Shown here in pieces: positions 52,001 to 61,821 of a DNA stretch of 64,000 nt. Each line of letters opens with the position of its first letter. Positions within the stretch are counted from its first letter, which is position 1. The notes under the pieces were generated by a model. The model was not told where the DNA came from. It saw nothing but the letters and a program-made list of their open reading frames with translations, and did no database searches. Origin of the DNA: Methanothrix sp. GTDB taxonomy: Archaea; Halobacteriota; Methanosarcinia; Methanotrichales; Methanotrichaceae. The position numbers and the translations under genes were made by a program. Location: contig OY821645.1 of NCBI GenBank assembly GCA_963682135.1, positions 1,216,001 through 1,280,000 of the forward strand, read 5' to 3'.

Positions 52001-52613
52001 GGAGAAGATCCAACTGGAAACGAGAGCCACCTTCCTTGCTCAGGCCGCTTATGACCCGGCTGGCTACCGATCGGAAGGGGACGTCATTATCTCCGGCTGG
52101 CCGGCATATGGCCAGAAGAATGCGTATTGAACCTTTGGTGGTTCTTTTAAATTTAGGAGGCACAGCTGCCTGGTTATAGGTGCGCAGGAATGAGGCGGTA
52201 CTGAGTGCCAGGGGCTGAAGCGTATCGGGATTGCAAATCAGCTCCCAAGGTATGGTGGTGGCCTCCTGGACATCGGTTACTATCTCTACGCGAGTATCGT
52301 TAAGTTTGGGAAGAGCATAGGACCAGATCTTGTGAGCATCGAAGTTGGACTTGAAGATTTTATCGAAGAGTTCGATGCCGATTTTTCTCAGTTGCCCCTC
52401 TACTTGACCAGCGATACTTGGGGCAGGATCCTGGGGATATTGAAGATAGTCCTCGAAGTACCAGCGGAGACGTTCCTGGTCCTGGAGGGACAGATTGAAC
52501 TCAAAGGATACATCAGTAGTCTGAGGGAATTCATCTTCTCTTAGCAGTTCTATTCGAACGTTGTATTTGCCCAGAGAGGGAGGGCTTTGGGTAAGGCGTA
52601 GGATTTGGGTCAT
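49011..52613 (-). CDS. CHAT (caspase-like) protease, STAND/NB-ARC ATPase and TPR protein
   Basis: IPWELI, catalytic LHFDGHG and VLNACRS, VVAMRY; FFGRDE, AYAGNGKT, WIWDNVE, LLTSR, GNPL; C-terminal TPRs. Confidence 0.88.
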   Translation of the reverse strand: MTQILRLTQSPPSLGKYNVRIELLREDEFPQTTDVSFEFNLSLQDQERLRWYFEDYLQYPQDPAPSIAGQVEGQLRKIGIELFDKIFKSNFDAHKIWSYALPKLNDTRVEIVTDVQEATTIPWELICNPDTLQPLALSTASFLRTYNQAAVPPKFKRTTKGSIRILLAICRPAGDNDVPFRSVASRVISGLSKEGGSRFQLDLLRPPTFDQLGRVLRKAKDEGKPYHVLHFDGHGTYADLGGSSGFGGVNRNTFDSRRPGPCGYLLFENPRQKENMELVDGTSLGNLLREAEVPILVLNACRSAYTESSNEPASAEDAKQMDAHSRVRAFGSLAQEVMHSGSAGVVAMRYVVYVVTAAQFVAELYDALVQGRTLEEAVNLGRKHLHDQPQREIAFRERELLDWSVPVVFEAGTLALFSRQKGEKMFEIKIRENEAIPKRSYLDPTLPTSPDTGFFGRDETLMAIDRAFDSYKIVLLHAYAGNGKTATAAEFARWYSLTGGVDGPVLFTSFERHMPLSRVLDKIRQVFGKTLEEQGIHWLTLDDEQRRSLAIQVLKQIPVLWIWDNVETVAGFPIGTESAWSTEEQQDLANFLRAARDTRAKFLLTSRREEREWLGDLPRRVPVPPMPMFERMELARAIADKQGHRMIDVENWRPLLRYTEGNPLTITVLVGQVLREGLGTKEQIERFVEQLRSGEKEIEDDESQGRSRSLGASLRYGSENAFDEKERRILALLSFFQGYVDVGVLMLMGYNSFSLEEVRGLDYETGIKFLDRAKEVGILTRFDERVYRIHPALPWFFRDLFQKYFKGREDEVARAFVMAVGLMGGIHKQEYEVGHTDVVSALADDEANLRFARQMALKKGWWDAVVFTMQGLLHFYNQTGQWMEWRHLVEEIVPLCVDLKTDGPIAGREKEWSVVSDYRVKLAIKYRQWDEALRIQKKSIEWAWKKDGPALVAAPHKTDERGRNVIRNYIILLSDLAEIQNEIGDTKCVQSYEEAIEKSEAHGFRQETAVISMRLGNMYMDMAGIRNLDKAEYWCLSYLDMIIKSDWLGRSKGLTLMGRLACERFLDTQTAGKPEGKHIEAARQFYQQALKILPENAVDDLATINNGLGSVYYYAGMFDEALRNFQEAIRYADELSDLYAMARFRRNVALCLKNAGRLSDALEYAMSAREKFEACGPAEAKEVQETQNLITELEEALRSK

Positions 52614-52933
52614 GCAGATTGCCCATTTAATTCTGACCATTCAACAGCCTAAACTGTTAAAGCTCTTTTGCTGGGATCGCAGATCTTGATAATCTGGCCG
52701 CGCAGCTTGAGGTGCGAGCAGTCCTCCACGCCCGGAAGTATCTTGATGTTGATCCTGCAATAGATTCAAGTGCATGGGGGTGGATCGAGACGATCAAGCT
52801 ACCCGAGTTAAGCAAGATCTCTGCAAGACCAGGCGAGCGGACGTCTCATTCTCGTTGAAGAAGCAATTCAAACAGGAAAATATATCTGCCATTAAGCTTT
52901 AAATTTAGACCTAAGGAGCAGATCAGCGAGCTT

Positions 52934-53119
52934 ATGACCAAGCTCTCGCCACAACACCAGCAGGAGGTTTTGGATTTCGCATTATACCTCGCCGAAAAGA
53001 ATAACCGACCTAAGCGAAAAAAGCTCAGGCTGGACTGGGCAGGCGGATTGGCTGAGTTCAAAGAAAAATATACATCTGTGCAATTGCAGAAAGAATCCCT
53101 GAATTGGTGGGGCGATTGA
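52934..53119 (+). CDS. DUF2281-like antitoxin
   Basis: QQEVLDFALYL...DWAGGL...TSVQLQ; overlaps the PIN gene. Confidence 0.75.
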   Translation: MTKLSPQHQQEVLDFALYLAEKNNRPKRKKLRLDWAGGLAEFKEKYTSVQLQKESLNWWGD

Positions 53120-53535
53120 GCTACCTTGTTGATTCCAACGTCTGGCTGGAGCTGCTTTTAAAGCAGCAGCGAGCCGATGAGGTCCGCCAATTCTTGCAGA
53201 TAGTCCAACCAAATGAAATAGCTCTAACTGAATTTACGCTCTATTCAATTGGTATCATAACTTGCCGCCTTAATAAGGAAGACATATTTGCTACCTTTCT
53301 ATCAGATATCCTGCTAGAAACGGGGGTAAGGAGAATCTCCTTGAGCCTTGCAGATCTAAGGGATTTGCTATCTGTTATGCGAGAGCTAGATTTGGATTTC
53401 GACGATGCTTATCAATACGTTGCTGCTAGAAATAACGATCTGATCCTTGTAAGCTTCGACAAAGACTTTGATACAACTGATATGAAGGGAAAGACGCCCG
53501 CAATGGCCTTAGCCCAAAGAGCAGATTATAATTGA
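53116..53535 (+). CDS. vapC: PIN-domain (VapC) toxin
   Basis: YLVDSNVWLE, LDFDDAYQY, LVSFDKDFD. Confidence 0.88.
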   Translation: MSYLVDSNVWLELLLKQQRADEVRQFLQIVQPNEIALTEFTLYSIGIITCRLNKEDIFATFLSDILLETGVRRISLSLADLRDLLSVMRELDLDFDDAYQYVAARNNDLILVSFDKDFDTTDMKGKTPAMALAQRADYN

Positions 53536-53551
53536 ATAAAATTTGGAAATA

Positions 53552-54358
53552 TCATCTTCCTATCTCCGTCATCGCCCTCTCCATCACCCTAGCCACGCTC
53601 GCCCTCGCCATCCTGCTCTGCACCGTCACTGCCAGCGCATTGGCCGCCCTCGCCCGGGAGTACTCGTCCACCTGCCAGTCCAGCCCCTCGTAGCCCACAT
53701 CCATGAGGATCAGCCCATCCGCCGGAGCCGTTGGCGCGCCATGGTTCAGCTCAGGCCGGAGCAGGTCGGAAAACCAGCTCATCTCCTTCTGGCCAGCCCC
53801 CACCTTCTCCAAAGCCCCTACGATCTTGCGCACCATATTCCAGAGAAAGCCGTTGGCCCGAATGTCGAATATGAAGAGACCATTCTCCTCTGAAATCTGC
53901 AATTTTTGCACAGTCTTCACCGTATCCACCTTGGCTGAGGAGAAGTTTCGAAAGTCGTGCTCGCCCAGGAGCAGCGCTGCTGCGACTTGCATCTTCTCCA
54001 TGCTCAGGCCAGGATGCCACAAAAGATAGCGATACTCTCGCCACTGGGCATTCCAGCGGGCGCTAAAACCGATGGGAGCTTTTGCCCAGGCCCAGGTCCA
54101 GATATCTCGTGGCAGCCGGCCGTTTACGCAGCGCGGGCGGGTCAACTTGGCCTTGTCCTCATCGATCCAAAAGTCGATCACCTGACCCAAAGCCGAGACG
54201 CCACGATCCGTTCTGCCGGCGTAGCAGAAGTCGCCATGAATGACGCCTATTTGTGATAGCGCCTTACGAACCTCGGAATCAACAGTGATCAGATCCGGCT
54301 GCTTCTGAAAGCCGTAGTAGTTGTCGCCCAGGTAGGCGAGCTTGAGTGCAACCTTCAT
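53552..54358 (-). CDS. truA: tRNA pseudouridine(38-40) synthase TruA
   Basis: YYGFQKQP, AGRTDRGVSA, GEHDFRNF, FLWNMVRKIVG. Confidence 0.95.
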   Translation of the reverse strand: MKVALKLAYLGDNYYGFQKQPDLITVDSEVRKALSQIGVIHGDFCYAGRTDRGVSALGQVIDFWIDEDKAKLTRPRCVNGRLPRDIWTWAWAKAPIGFSARWNAQWREYRYLLWHPGLSMEKMQVAAALLLGEHDFRNFSSAKVDTVKTVQKLQISEENGLFIFDIRANGFLWNMVRKIVGALEKVGAGQKEMSWFSDLLRPELNHGAPTAPADGLILMDVGYEGLDWQVDEYSRARAANALAVTVQSRMARASVARVMERAMTEIGR

Positions 54359-54382
54359 CCAATTTATCCTGGAAATTGTCGT

Positions 54383-54448
54383 CTTTGTGACTTTGTGTCT
54401 TTGTGTGAACGGAACAATTCCTAACCACAAAGGCACAAAGACACAAAG
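54383..54448. repeat. Inverted repeat built from three 8-nt units per arm
   Basis: ctttgtgactttgtgtctttgtg ... cacaaaggcacaaagacacaaag. Confidence 0.85.
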
Positions 54449-54465
54449 CGAAATAATTATCTGAA

Positions 54466-55734
54466 CTAAATCTCCCTGGGGTCGGTGATGTACCCGGTGA
54501 TGGCGCTCGCTCCCGCCGTGGCTGGCGAGCAGAGGTAGACAAACGCCTGGGGGCTGCCCTGCCGGCCCACGAAGTTGCGGTTAGATGTAGAAAGGCAGCG
54601 CTCGCCCGCACCCAGCAGGCCGAAGGACCCACCCATGCACGGCCCGCAGCAGGCCGACTCAAACATGGCCCCTGCCTCCATGAACTTCTCGATGAGACCG
54701 GCATGCAGACATTTCATGTACTCCTCCCTGCTGGCCGGCACCACGATCATGCGCACGCCCCTGGCAACGGGCTCGCCCTTCATCATCTGCGAGGCAAGCA
54801 GAAGGTCCTCGAATCTCCCGTTGGTACACGAGCCCAGGAACACCTGATCGAGCTTGGTCTGTGGCACCTCGCTTATGGGCAAAACATTGTCCACATTGTG
54901 GGGCAGAGCAATTTGCGGCTCCAGATCGCTGACATTCCAGCTCTTCCTGGCAAAGGAAGCATCCTCATCGGTTCGCACTATTCCCTCACGAATGGAAGCC
55001 TTGTCCTTCACCCGGGTCTCCAGGTACTTCGTAGTTACCTCATCCACCTCGAAGATGCCTGCCTTGGCCCCCATCTCAATGGCCATGTTGGAGACAGTCA
55101 TCCTCTCCGGGATGCTCATGCGCCTTGCAGCCTCTCCCAGGAATTCGCAGGCCAGATAGTTTGCTCCGTCCGCGCCGATATCACCAATGATTCTGAGCAC
55201 AGCGTCCTTGGAGGTGACGCGAGAAGGCAGCCTTCCTTCTATCATGAGCTGCAGTGTCTTGGGCACCATAAACCAGAGCTTGCCTGTAGCAAAGACGGAT
55301 GCCATGTCCGTGGATCCGACCCCGGTGGCAAAGGCCCCCAGGGCGCCGTAGGTACAGGTATGTGAATCAGTGCCCAGGATGATTTGCCCGGGCAGCACAT
55401 GCCCCTTCTCGGGCATAACCTGATGGCATACCCCGCAGAGTATGTCGTAGTTTAAGATGCCCTGCTCCTGCGCGAATTTGCGGAGCATGATGTGATTTTC
55501 CGCTGCCTTCAGGCTATCCGCGGGAACCTGATGATCAAAGAGCAGGACGATTTTCGCAGGATCCCATACCCGAGCATCCTTGCCCGCGATCTCGTAAAAT
55601 CCCTTGACCGCCAGCGGACCGGTGATGTCGTGTATCATAGCGCCGTCTATGTCCGCCATGACGAACTCGCCCGCATGTGCCTCTTTTGCTGCCGCATTGG
55701 AAAATATCTTCTCAGACAGAGTTTGGCCACTCAT
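54466..55734 (-). CDS. leuC: 3-isopropylmalate dehydratase/homoaconitase large subunit (LeuC/HacA)
   Basis: [43 protein letters not shown]; leuC versus hacA not resolved. Confidence 0.85.
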   Translation of the reverse strand: MSGQTLSEKIFSNAAAKEAHAGEFVMADIDGAMIHDITGPLAVKGFYEIAGKDARVWDPAKIVLLFDHQVPADSLKAAENHIMLRKFAQEQGILNYDILCGVCHQVMPEKGHVLPGQIILGTDSHTCTYGALGAFATGVGSTDMASVFATGKLWFMVPKTLQLMIEGRLPSRVTSKDAVLRIIGDIGADGANYLACEFLGEAARRMSIPERMTVSNMAIEMGAKAGIFEVDEVTTKYLETRVKDKASIREGIVRTDEDASFARKSWNVSDLEPQIALPHNVDNVLPISEVPQTKLDQVFLGSCTNGRFEDLLLASQMMKGEPVARGVRMIVVPASREEYMKCLHAGLIEKFMEAGAMFESACCGPCMGGSFGLLGAGERCLSTSNRNFVGRQGSPQAFVYLCSPATAGASAITGYITDPREI

Positions 55735-55893
55735 GGCAAGGTCCATCTCATCCATGATAAATAAATCCTTACCTCGAAGCCGGATTGATATCATGCAAAA
55801 AATCATCAGACCCGTTCAAAGCCTTTAAATAAATCCGATAACACCAACGATGTACAGAAGATTGCATCATAGTTTAAAGATGGAGTGTCCCCG

Positions 55894-57246
55894 ATGAAGA
55901 TCAAGTACTTGCTCGACGAGGAAGAGATACCCAAGAAGTGGTACAACGTAGCCGCCGACATGCCCACGCCCCTGGACCCGCCTCTGCATCCCGGTACGCT
56001 TAAACCGCTCTGTGCCGCAGACATGGAAATGATCTTTCCAAAAGCTCTCATCCAGCAGGAGATGAGCACAGATCGCTGGATAAACATCCCGGAAGAAGTG
56101 CGCGACATCTACCGGCTCTGGCGGCCTACTCCCCTTTACCGAGCCGCAGCCCTGGAGAAGGCTCTGCAAACTCCTGCCAAGATATACTACAAATATGAAG
56201 GCGTGAGCCCCGCCGGCAGCCACAAGCCCAATACTGCCGTCCCTCAGGCCTATTACAACATGAAGGAGGGTATAGAGCGGCTGGCCACGGAGACCGGCGC
56301 CGGGCAGTGGGGATCGGCACTCTCTTTGGCCACCTGCCTCTTCGGCCTGAAATGCACCGTTTACATGGTTCGATCAAGTTTCGACAGCAAGCCCTACCGT
56401 AAGAGCGCCATGCGCGTCTGGGGTGCTGAATGCTTTGCCAGCCCATCCGATAAGACCAATTTCGGCAGAAAGATACTGGCAGAGATTCCGGACACACCGG
56501 GCTCTCTGGGCATAGCGATCTCCGAAGCGGTAGAGGATGCAGCCAGCCACAGTGATACCAATTATGCCCTTGGCTCGGTGCTAAACCATGTTCTCCTCCA
56601 TCAGACCATCGAGGGTCTGGAGCTTAGGAAGCAGTTCGATCTGGCCGACGACTATCCGGATATCATGTACGGCTGCTGCGGCGGAGGAAGCAATTTCCCG
56701 GGTATGGTTTTCCCATTCGTACCTGACAAGATGAAGGACAAGAAGGATCTGCGCATGGTGGCCTGCGAGCCATCTGCCTGTCCCTCGCTCACCAAGGGAC
56801 TTTATGCCTATGACTTCGGCGATACCGCCGGCATGGCACCGGTGATCAAAATGTTCACCCTGGGACATGACTTTATCCCGCCCGGCATTCATGCTGGCGG
56901 CCTGCGCTATCATGGAGACGCACCCCTGCTCTGTAATCTGGTGCATGACGGCCTTATCGAGGCCACAGCCCTGCAACAGACAGAAGTCTTCGAAGCCGCC
57001 ACACTATTTGCGCGCTGCGAAGGCATAATTCCAGCGCCGGAGGCGGCTCATGCCATCAAGCCGGCGATAGACGAGGCACGAAGGTGCAGGAAGACGGGCG
57101 AGACAAAGACCATCTTCATCTCCCTTACCGGTCACGGCCACTTCGACCTGGCAGCTTATGATGCCTACAACGATGGCAAGCTTGTGGACTATGAATATCC
57201 GGCGGATCTGGTGAAGCAGTCTCTTGCCAAGCTACCCCAGGTCTAA
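55894..57246 (+). CDS. trpB2: TrpB2-type tryptophan synthase beta-like PLP enzyme
   Basis: [33 protein letters not shown]. Confidence 0.93.
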   Translation: MKIKYLLDEEEIPKKWYNVAADMPTPLDPPLHPGTLKPLCAADMEMIFPKALIQQEMSTDRWINIPEEVRDIYRLWRPTPLYRAAALEKALQTPAKIYYKYEGVSPAGSHKPNTAVPQAYYNMKEGIERLATETGAGQWGSALSLATCLFGLKCTVYMVRSSFDSKPYRKSAMRVWGAECFASPSDKTNFGRKILAEIPDTPGSLGIAISEAVEDAASHSDTNYALGSVLNHVLLHQTIEGLELRKQFDLADDYPDIMYGCCGGGSNFPGMVFPFVPDKMKDKKDLRMVACEPSACPSLTKGLYAYDFGDTAGMAPVIKMFTLGHDFIPPGIHAGGLRYHGDAPLLCNLVHDGLIEATALQQTEVFEAATLFARCEGIIPAPEAAHAIKPAIDEARRCRKTGETKTIFISLTGHGHFDLAAYDAYNDGKLVDYEYPADLVKQSLAKLPQV

Positions 57247-58363
57247 GATTGGCTTCCTGATCAACCCCATAGCCGGCATGGGCGGTTGTGTCGGGCTGAA
57301 AGGCACGGACGGCCTGGCGGGCCAGGCTTTTGCCAGAGGGGCAAGGCCTCAGGCGATAGAGAGAGCTAAAGCATGTCTGCGGCTGATATCTCGGGAGGCG
57401 GAAGGCCTCCTCTTTTTTGCCGCCAGCGGCGAGATGGGCGAAAGCGCATTGTTGGAATGCGGTCTGCGTTGCCAGACAGTCTACCCGTCCCCGCCAATCT
57501 CAGGGTCCTCTGACACAAAGGTCGCTTGCCGGACTTTCCTGGAAAATGGCGTTGATTTAATCTTATTTTGCGGAGGCGACGGAACGGCACGGGATGTAGC
57601 CAGCGTCGCCGGTCAGGTGCCAATTTTGGGCATCCCTGCGGGGGTCAAGATGCATTCCGGCGTCTTTGCCATCAGCCCTCAGGCCGCTGCGGAACTTACT
57701 CTTGGCTTTGCTCGGAGCGAACTGTTGGCCCGGGAGACAGAGATCGTGGATGTGGACGAGGAGCTTTACCGCGCCGGAGAGCTGCAGACAAAGCTTTATG
57801 CTACCGCTAAGACGCCCTACAAATCAGTTCTAGTGCAGGAGCGAAAGAGGACCTATGTTTCCGGCGATGAGGAAGAGTTCAAGTATCAGATCGCTCTCTT
57901 TGCCTCCGAATTCATGAGGGACGGATCCGCGTATATTCTGGGCGCAGGAACTACTACCAGCAGGATTGCCGAACTTTTGGGATTGGAGAAGACGCTGCTT
58001 GGCGTAGATGTAATTCAGAAGGGAAAGCTACTCCTCAAGGACGCCTCTGAGAGGGACCTCCTGGCTTTGCTGGACAATGAGAAAAATGTCAAGGTCATTG
58101 TCAGTCCCATAGGTGCCCAGGGCTTCATCCTTGGACGGGGCAGCCAGCAGATCAGCGCCGCTGTCCTGCGGCGCGTGGGTGAAGAGAATTTGATAATCAT
58201 ATCCACGCCCCATAAGCTGGCGGAGCTGTCACGACTACTGGTGGACACAGGCGACGAGCAGATGGATAGAATCCTGGCAGGCAAAAGGATGGTTGTCACA
58301 GGCTACCGCATTGCGCAGAAAAAAGAGACTGCTGCGGCATCAGTTCTTCCAGAATTTCCATAG
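57224..58363 (+). CDS. ATP-NAD kinase family protein
   Basis: [43 protein letters not shown]. Confidence 0.85.
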   Translation: MPSYPRSKIGFLINPIAGMGGCVGLKGTDGLAGQAFARGARPQAIERAKACLRLISREAEGLLFFAASGEMGESALLECGLRCQTVYPSPPISGSSDTKVACRTFLENGVDLILFCGGDGTARDVASVAGQVPILGIPAGVKMHSGVFAISPQAAAELTLGFARSELLARETEIVDVDEELYRAGELQTKLYATAKTPYKSVLVQERKRTYVSGDEEEFKYQIALFASEFMRDGSAYILGAGTTTSRIAELLGLEKTLLGVDVIQKGKLLLKDASERDLLALLDNEKNVKVIVSPIGAQGFILGRGSQQISAAVLRRVGEENLIIISTPHKLAELSRLLVDTGDEQMDRILAGKRMVVTGYRIAQKKETAAASVLPEFP

Positions 58364-58382
58364 ACACTCGTTTATGTGGAAA

Positions 58383-58437
58383 TAGTAAGGATAACCGTAA
58401 GAGTCATATACCTAAATTAGTTAGGATATGCTTACTA
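58383..58437. promoter_or_regulatory. Candidate MarR operator pair
   Basis: tagttag-gatatg-cttacta (58418-58437) imperfect palindrome plus related tagtaaggata at 58383, at the marR start. Confidence 0.45.
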
Positions 58438-58985
58438 CTATGAACACATCAATAATTCAACTCAGAAAATCCATTGCCCTTTTGCAGGTGAGCATGAACA
58501 GGATCCTGGGCAAGGATAAGGGAAAGAAGGATGAGATCTCCTCAATAGGCATATCTATTCTCCACTTCTCATATTACCGGAAAATGAGAATGAGCGATAT
58601 TGCCAGAATACATAACGTCAGCAAGAGTACGGCCACAGATTATATCGACAACCTGGAGAGGCGGGGTTATGTGCGCCGAATGAGAGGTGCAGACGATATG
58701 AGAGATGTCTTCATCGAGCCTACCCGCAAGGGCAAGGAGTGGGTTGAAGGAATGGATCAATTGATTCACGATTATATGCAAGAGGGGCTTTCCCGACTTG
58801 ACACGGAGGAACAGGTACAATTCATCGCCCTCTTCTCGAAGTTTGTCGGGGTCAGAGATGATATCCCCTACGATAAAGTGATGGAGAATCTAATGAAACG
58901 CCCTCTGAGAAAGGATGAAAAAGGCTCGAATTCTGCTTTGACAAACTCGGTCAAGAAACTGGCGGATGATTCTCCCCATGATTGA
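58428..58985 (+). CDS. MarR-family transcriptional regulator
   Basis: MSDIA....VSKSTAT..IDNLERRGYV.R....DMR...PT.KG. Confidence 0.9.
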   Translation: MLTTMNTSIIQLRKSIALLQVSMNRILGKDKGKKDEISSIGISILHFSYYRKMRMSDIARIHNVSKSTATDYIDNLERRGYVRRMRGADDMRDVFIEPTRKGKEWVEGMDQLIHDYMQEGLSRLDTEEQVQFIALFSKFVGVRDDIPYDKVMENLMKRPLRKDEKGSNSALTNSVKKLADDSPHD

Positions 58986-60441
58986 GTTGAATAGAGAAAA
59001 CGAGAGCCATAAAGAGGATAGAGACCCCGGTGGCCCTCAGGTATGGGAAGGACATCCCCATCGGTACCCAATATTGTTTGTAATCCTCATTGGCATATTG
59101 ATGTTCGTGGTGGACGCCGTAGTAGTAAGCATTGCCCTTCCTACCATGACAACATACTTTCATGCCAGCGTAGCTCTGACTCAGTGGATTATAACCGCGT
59201 ACCTCATTTCTATCACCAGCCTGCTCCTCATTTGCGGCAGGATCTCAGAATATACGGGTAGGTCCAGGATGTTCCTGGTAGGCATCATCCTATTTACCAT
59301 CAGCTCTCTTGGCTGTGGCATCTCCTCTAGCCTTTCCATGCTAATTCTCTTCAGAATCCTTCAGGCTGCTGGCGGGGCAATGGCCTTCTCCATCAGTGCA
59401 GCTCTTATCTTTCAGACCTTCCCCAAGGGTGAGCTGGGAAGAGCTATGGGATATATTGGGTCTACGATTGCTGTGGGGAGCATAGCTGGACCCGTCCTTG
59501 GTGGCTACGTCGTGGATCTCCTGGGATGGCAGTACATATTCCTCATAAACGTTCCAATAGGCATTACGCTTCTTCTGCTTGCCATGAGGTACCTGAAGAT
59601 AGACGAGATAAGGCGAGATCGGCTGGAGATGGACTGGATAGGGGCAGGAACAATGATCTTCTTCATGGTCGCCTTGATGCTCTTCCTGGGAGAGCTGGCA
59701 TCTCATATCAGCCTAGGCCTGAGAACTGCAGCCTACGCCTTGATGTTCTTTGGCGGATTTTCGGCCTTTATTGCAAACGAGCGGATACACAGGCGGCCAT
59801 TGCTGGATCTATCAGTATTTAACGAGCTGAAATTTACCTTGCCAGGCATTAGCATGATGCTCTACTTCGTATGTAATTTCATGATGGTAATTGCAGGTCC
59901 TTTCTTCCTTCAGGGTGCGATGAAGCTCTCGTCGTCACAGGTAGGTACAATATACTTGATAGTCCCGACGATAGTTGTAATTGGGTCACCTCTTGCGGGC
60001 TGGCTTTATGATAGATTTCACTATAGATATCATGCTGCCATCGGCATGCTGATAATGACAACTGGCTTCCTGCTCATGAGCTATATGTCCCGCAGAATGG
60101 ATCTCGCTCATTATATTCTGGCATATCTGCCCTTGGGTATAGGCAGTTCCCTCTTTCAGAGCCCTAACAATGCAGAGATCATGAGTGCTCTGCCTCCGGA
60201 AAAGCTGGGCATGGCTTCAAGCCTCACCGCCACTATAAGAAATCTCGGCATGGCCCTGGGAACCTCTGCATCTGGCATTCTGGTATCCTGGCAGCTCAGC
60301 CAGGCAGATTATTACGGTCCCATCTTACAGGCAAGTCCAGAGTTGCTTTCTGCTACCATAAGCAATATAATCTTCATAGCAGGGGCTATATGTGCGCTAG
60401 GAGCTATGGCATCTTTGATGCGAAATATGAGAACTGAATGA
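58966..60441 (+). CDS. MFS transporter, DHA2/EmrB-QacA type (start may be 58978)
   Basis: VSIALPTM, WIITAYL, FRILQAAGG, GPVLGG, WQYIFLINVPIG, FQSPNN. Confidence 0.92.
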   Translation: MILPMIELNRENESHKEDRDPGGPQVWEGHPHRYPILFVILIGILMFVVDAVVVSIALPTMTTYFHASVALTQWIITAYLISITSLLLICGRISEYTGRSRMFLVGIILFTISSLGCGISSSLSMLILFRILQAAGGAMAFSISAALIFQTFPKGELGRAMGYIGSTIAVGSIAGPVLGGYVVDLLGWQYIFLINVPIGITLLLLAMRYLKIDEIRRDRLEMDWIGAGTMIFFMVALMLFLGELASHISLGLRTAAYALMFFGGFSAFIANERIHRRPLLDLSVFNELKFTLPGISMMLYFVCNFMMVIAGPFFLQGAMKLSSSQVGTIYLIVPTIVVIGSPLAGWLYDRFHYRYHAAIGMLIMTTGFLLMSYMSRRMDLAHYILAYLPLGIGSSLFQSPNNAEIMSALPPEKLGMASSLTATIRNLGMALGTSASGILVSWQLSQADYYGPILQASPELLSATISNIIFIAGAICALGAMASLMRNMRTE

Positions 60442-60580
60442 GGGCATGAGCATCCCGGCTTGCCGCGGCTTCCCTTCGATTCAATGGGAAGCAAGAGCGC
60501 TCTCTTTCGAAGCCCCAACAACACCGAGATCATGAGAGCGCTGACAATACATTTATATTGGCATTACTGTATTTCTCTTC

Positions 60581-60925
60581 ATGAATTCCCTTGCTCTAAT
60601 TCCCGTAATTTTGTTGCTGCAAGCGTCATACTTCGATATGCAGGGCACTATTGTGGATGTCATCTCGCCGTCCAGCCTCTTGATTGGAAATATCACGGTT
60701 AATTTGGCGGATGTGGACGCCTCCGGTCTCACTACAAGACAATATGCTTATCTGATGAATGATCTCAAGAGCAGCCTGCCAGGAAAGGATGCATTCGTCA
60801 AAGGCGGATATGTATTTTTTGATTTAACAGGAAGCTACAATTCACACAGCATCAATGAGATGACTGCAAAAGAGATCTCAGACCTAAAGGAATCATGTAA
60901 ATTCGTCTATGATGAAGACTGTTAA
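60581..60925 (+). CDS. Small secreted protein, possibly degenerate thermonuclease-like OB fold
   Basis: Hydrophobic leader; GTIVDVISPSSLLIG...VNLADVDA...SINE. Confidence 0.5.
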   Translation: MNSLALIPVILLLQASYFDMQGTIVDVISPSSLLIGNITVNLADVDASGLTTRQYAYLMNDLKSSLPGKDAFVKGGYVFFDLTGSYNSHSINEMTAKEISDLKESCKFVYDEDC

Positions 60926-61121
60926 AGCCTATTGCGTATAATATTGCCACGCTCTAATAATATATTTTCCGTAGAGAACCCAGATAAGAACGAAAATCCC
61001 AAAAATAATATAGAGGTTGGTGATATACACCAACCACTGAAGAAGACGCATCTTCTTCTCAGCCGTTCCAAACCAGCCCTCTGCTTTTCGCTCAAACCAG
61101 TTGGACATGGGCTTTAGACGA

Positions 61122-61817
61122 TCAAGCTGAAGCCTTGTCAGCAGCTGCTCTCTCTGCTTCCTTCTTGGCTTCTTCTGCTGCGGCTTTCCTCTCGGACTTG
61201 CCCTTCAGCATCTTCATCTTGACCAGGTTGTCCCTTTCCATCTCCTCCAACGCCATCGAGATGAACTTGATGGTGTCCTTGACTTCTGGAATCACCTTGA
61301 ACTCCAGAGCATTGACACGCCTCTTAGTTTTGTCGATATCCTCGACAAGCCTTATCATGGCGGTCTCTACCTCTGCAGCCAAAATGATCTTATCCAGCAA
61401 GCCCTCATAGGCATCGGCGGCCTCATCGATGGCTGCACCGGTCCCAATGATGCCGTAGCCTCGCTCGAACATCTTCTTATGCACGGCCTCTGCCGCGATC
61501 TTGGGAACCACTACACCCATGATGTTTCTGGATTCAAGCTGGATGGCCGGCTCTTTTTGCAGGGAATAGGCCACGCTTCCGATGGCAACTGTTCCCTCGA
61601 TGGCCATAGCCATTTGAAGTCTCTGCTCGGCTACGAGCATAGATTCAACCAGCTCTTTCCTGACCGTCTTGGCCTTATTTAGCACCTCGAAGAACTCAAT
61701 CATGAGGCCGTCGCGCTTCATTTTGAGGAGCGAGTGACCGGTCTTTGCGAGCTTCATCCTTTTCTTGAGAGCGATCAGGACTGCCCTGGTCGGTTTTGTT
61801 CCTCGAATTACGGCCAT
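61122..61817 (-). CDS. atpD: A1Ao ATP synthase subunit D
   Basis: KPTR..L, GHSLLKMKRD, NIMGVVVP, KTKRRVNALE. Confidence 0.95.
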   Translation of the reverse strand: MAVIRGTKPTRAVLIALKKRMKLAKTGHSLLKMKRDGLMIEFFEVLNKAKTVRKELVESMLVAEQRLQMAMAIEGTVAIGSVAYSLQKEPAIQLESRNIMGVVVPKIAAEAVHKKMFERGYGIIGTGAAIDEAADAYEGLLDKIILAAEVETAMIRLVEDIDKTKRRVNALEFKVIPEVKDTIKFISMALEEMERDNLVKMKMLKGKSERKAAAEEAKKEAERAAADKASA

Positions 61818-61821
61818 GTTC

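Noticed and set aside
54359-54436. N-terminal extension of TruA
   Set aside because: Translation of the CACAAAG palindrome; the conserved protein starts at MKVALKLAY
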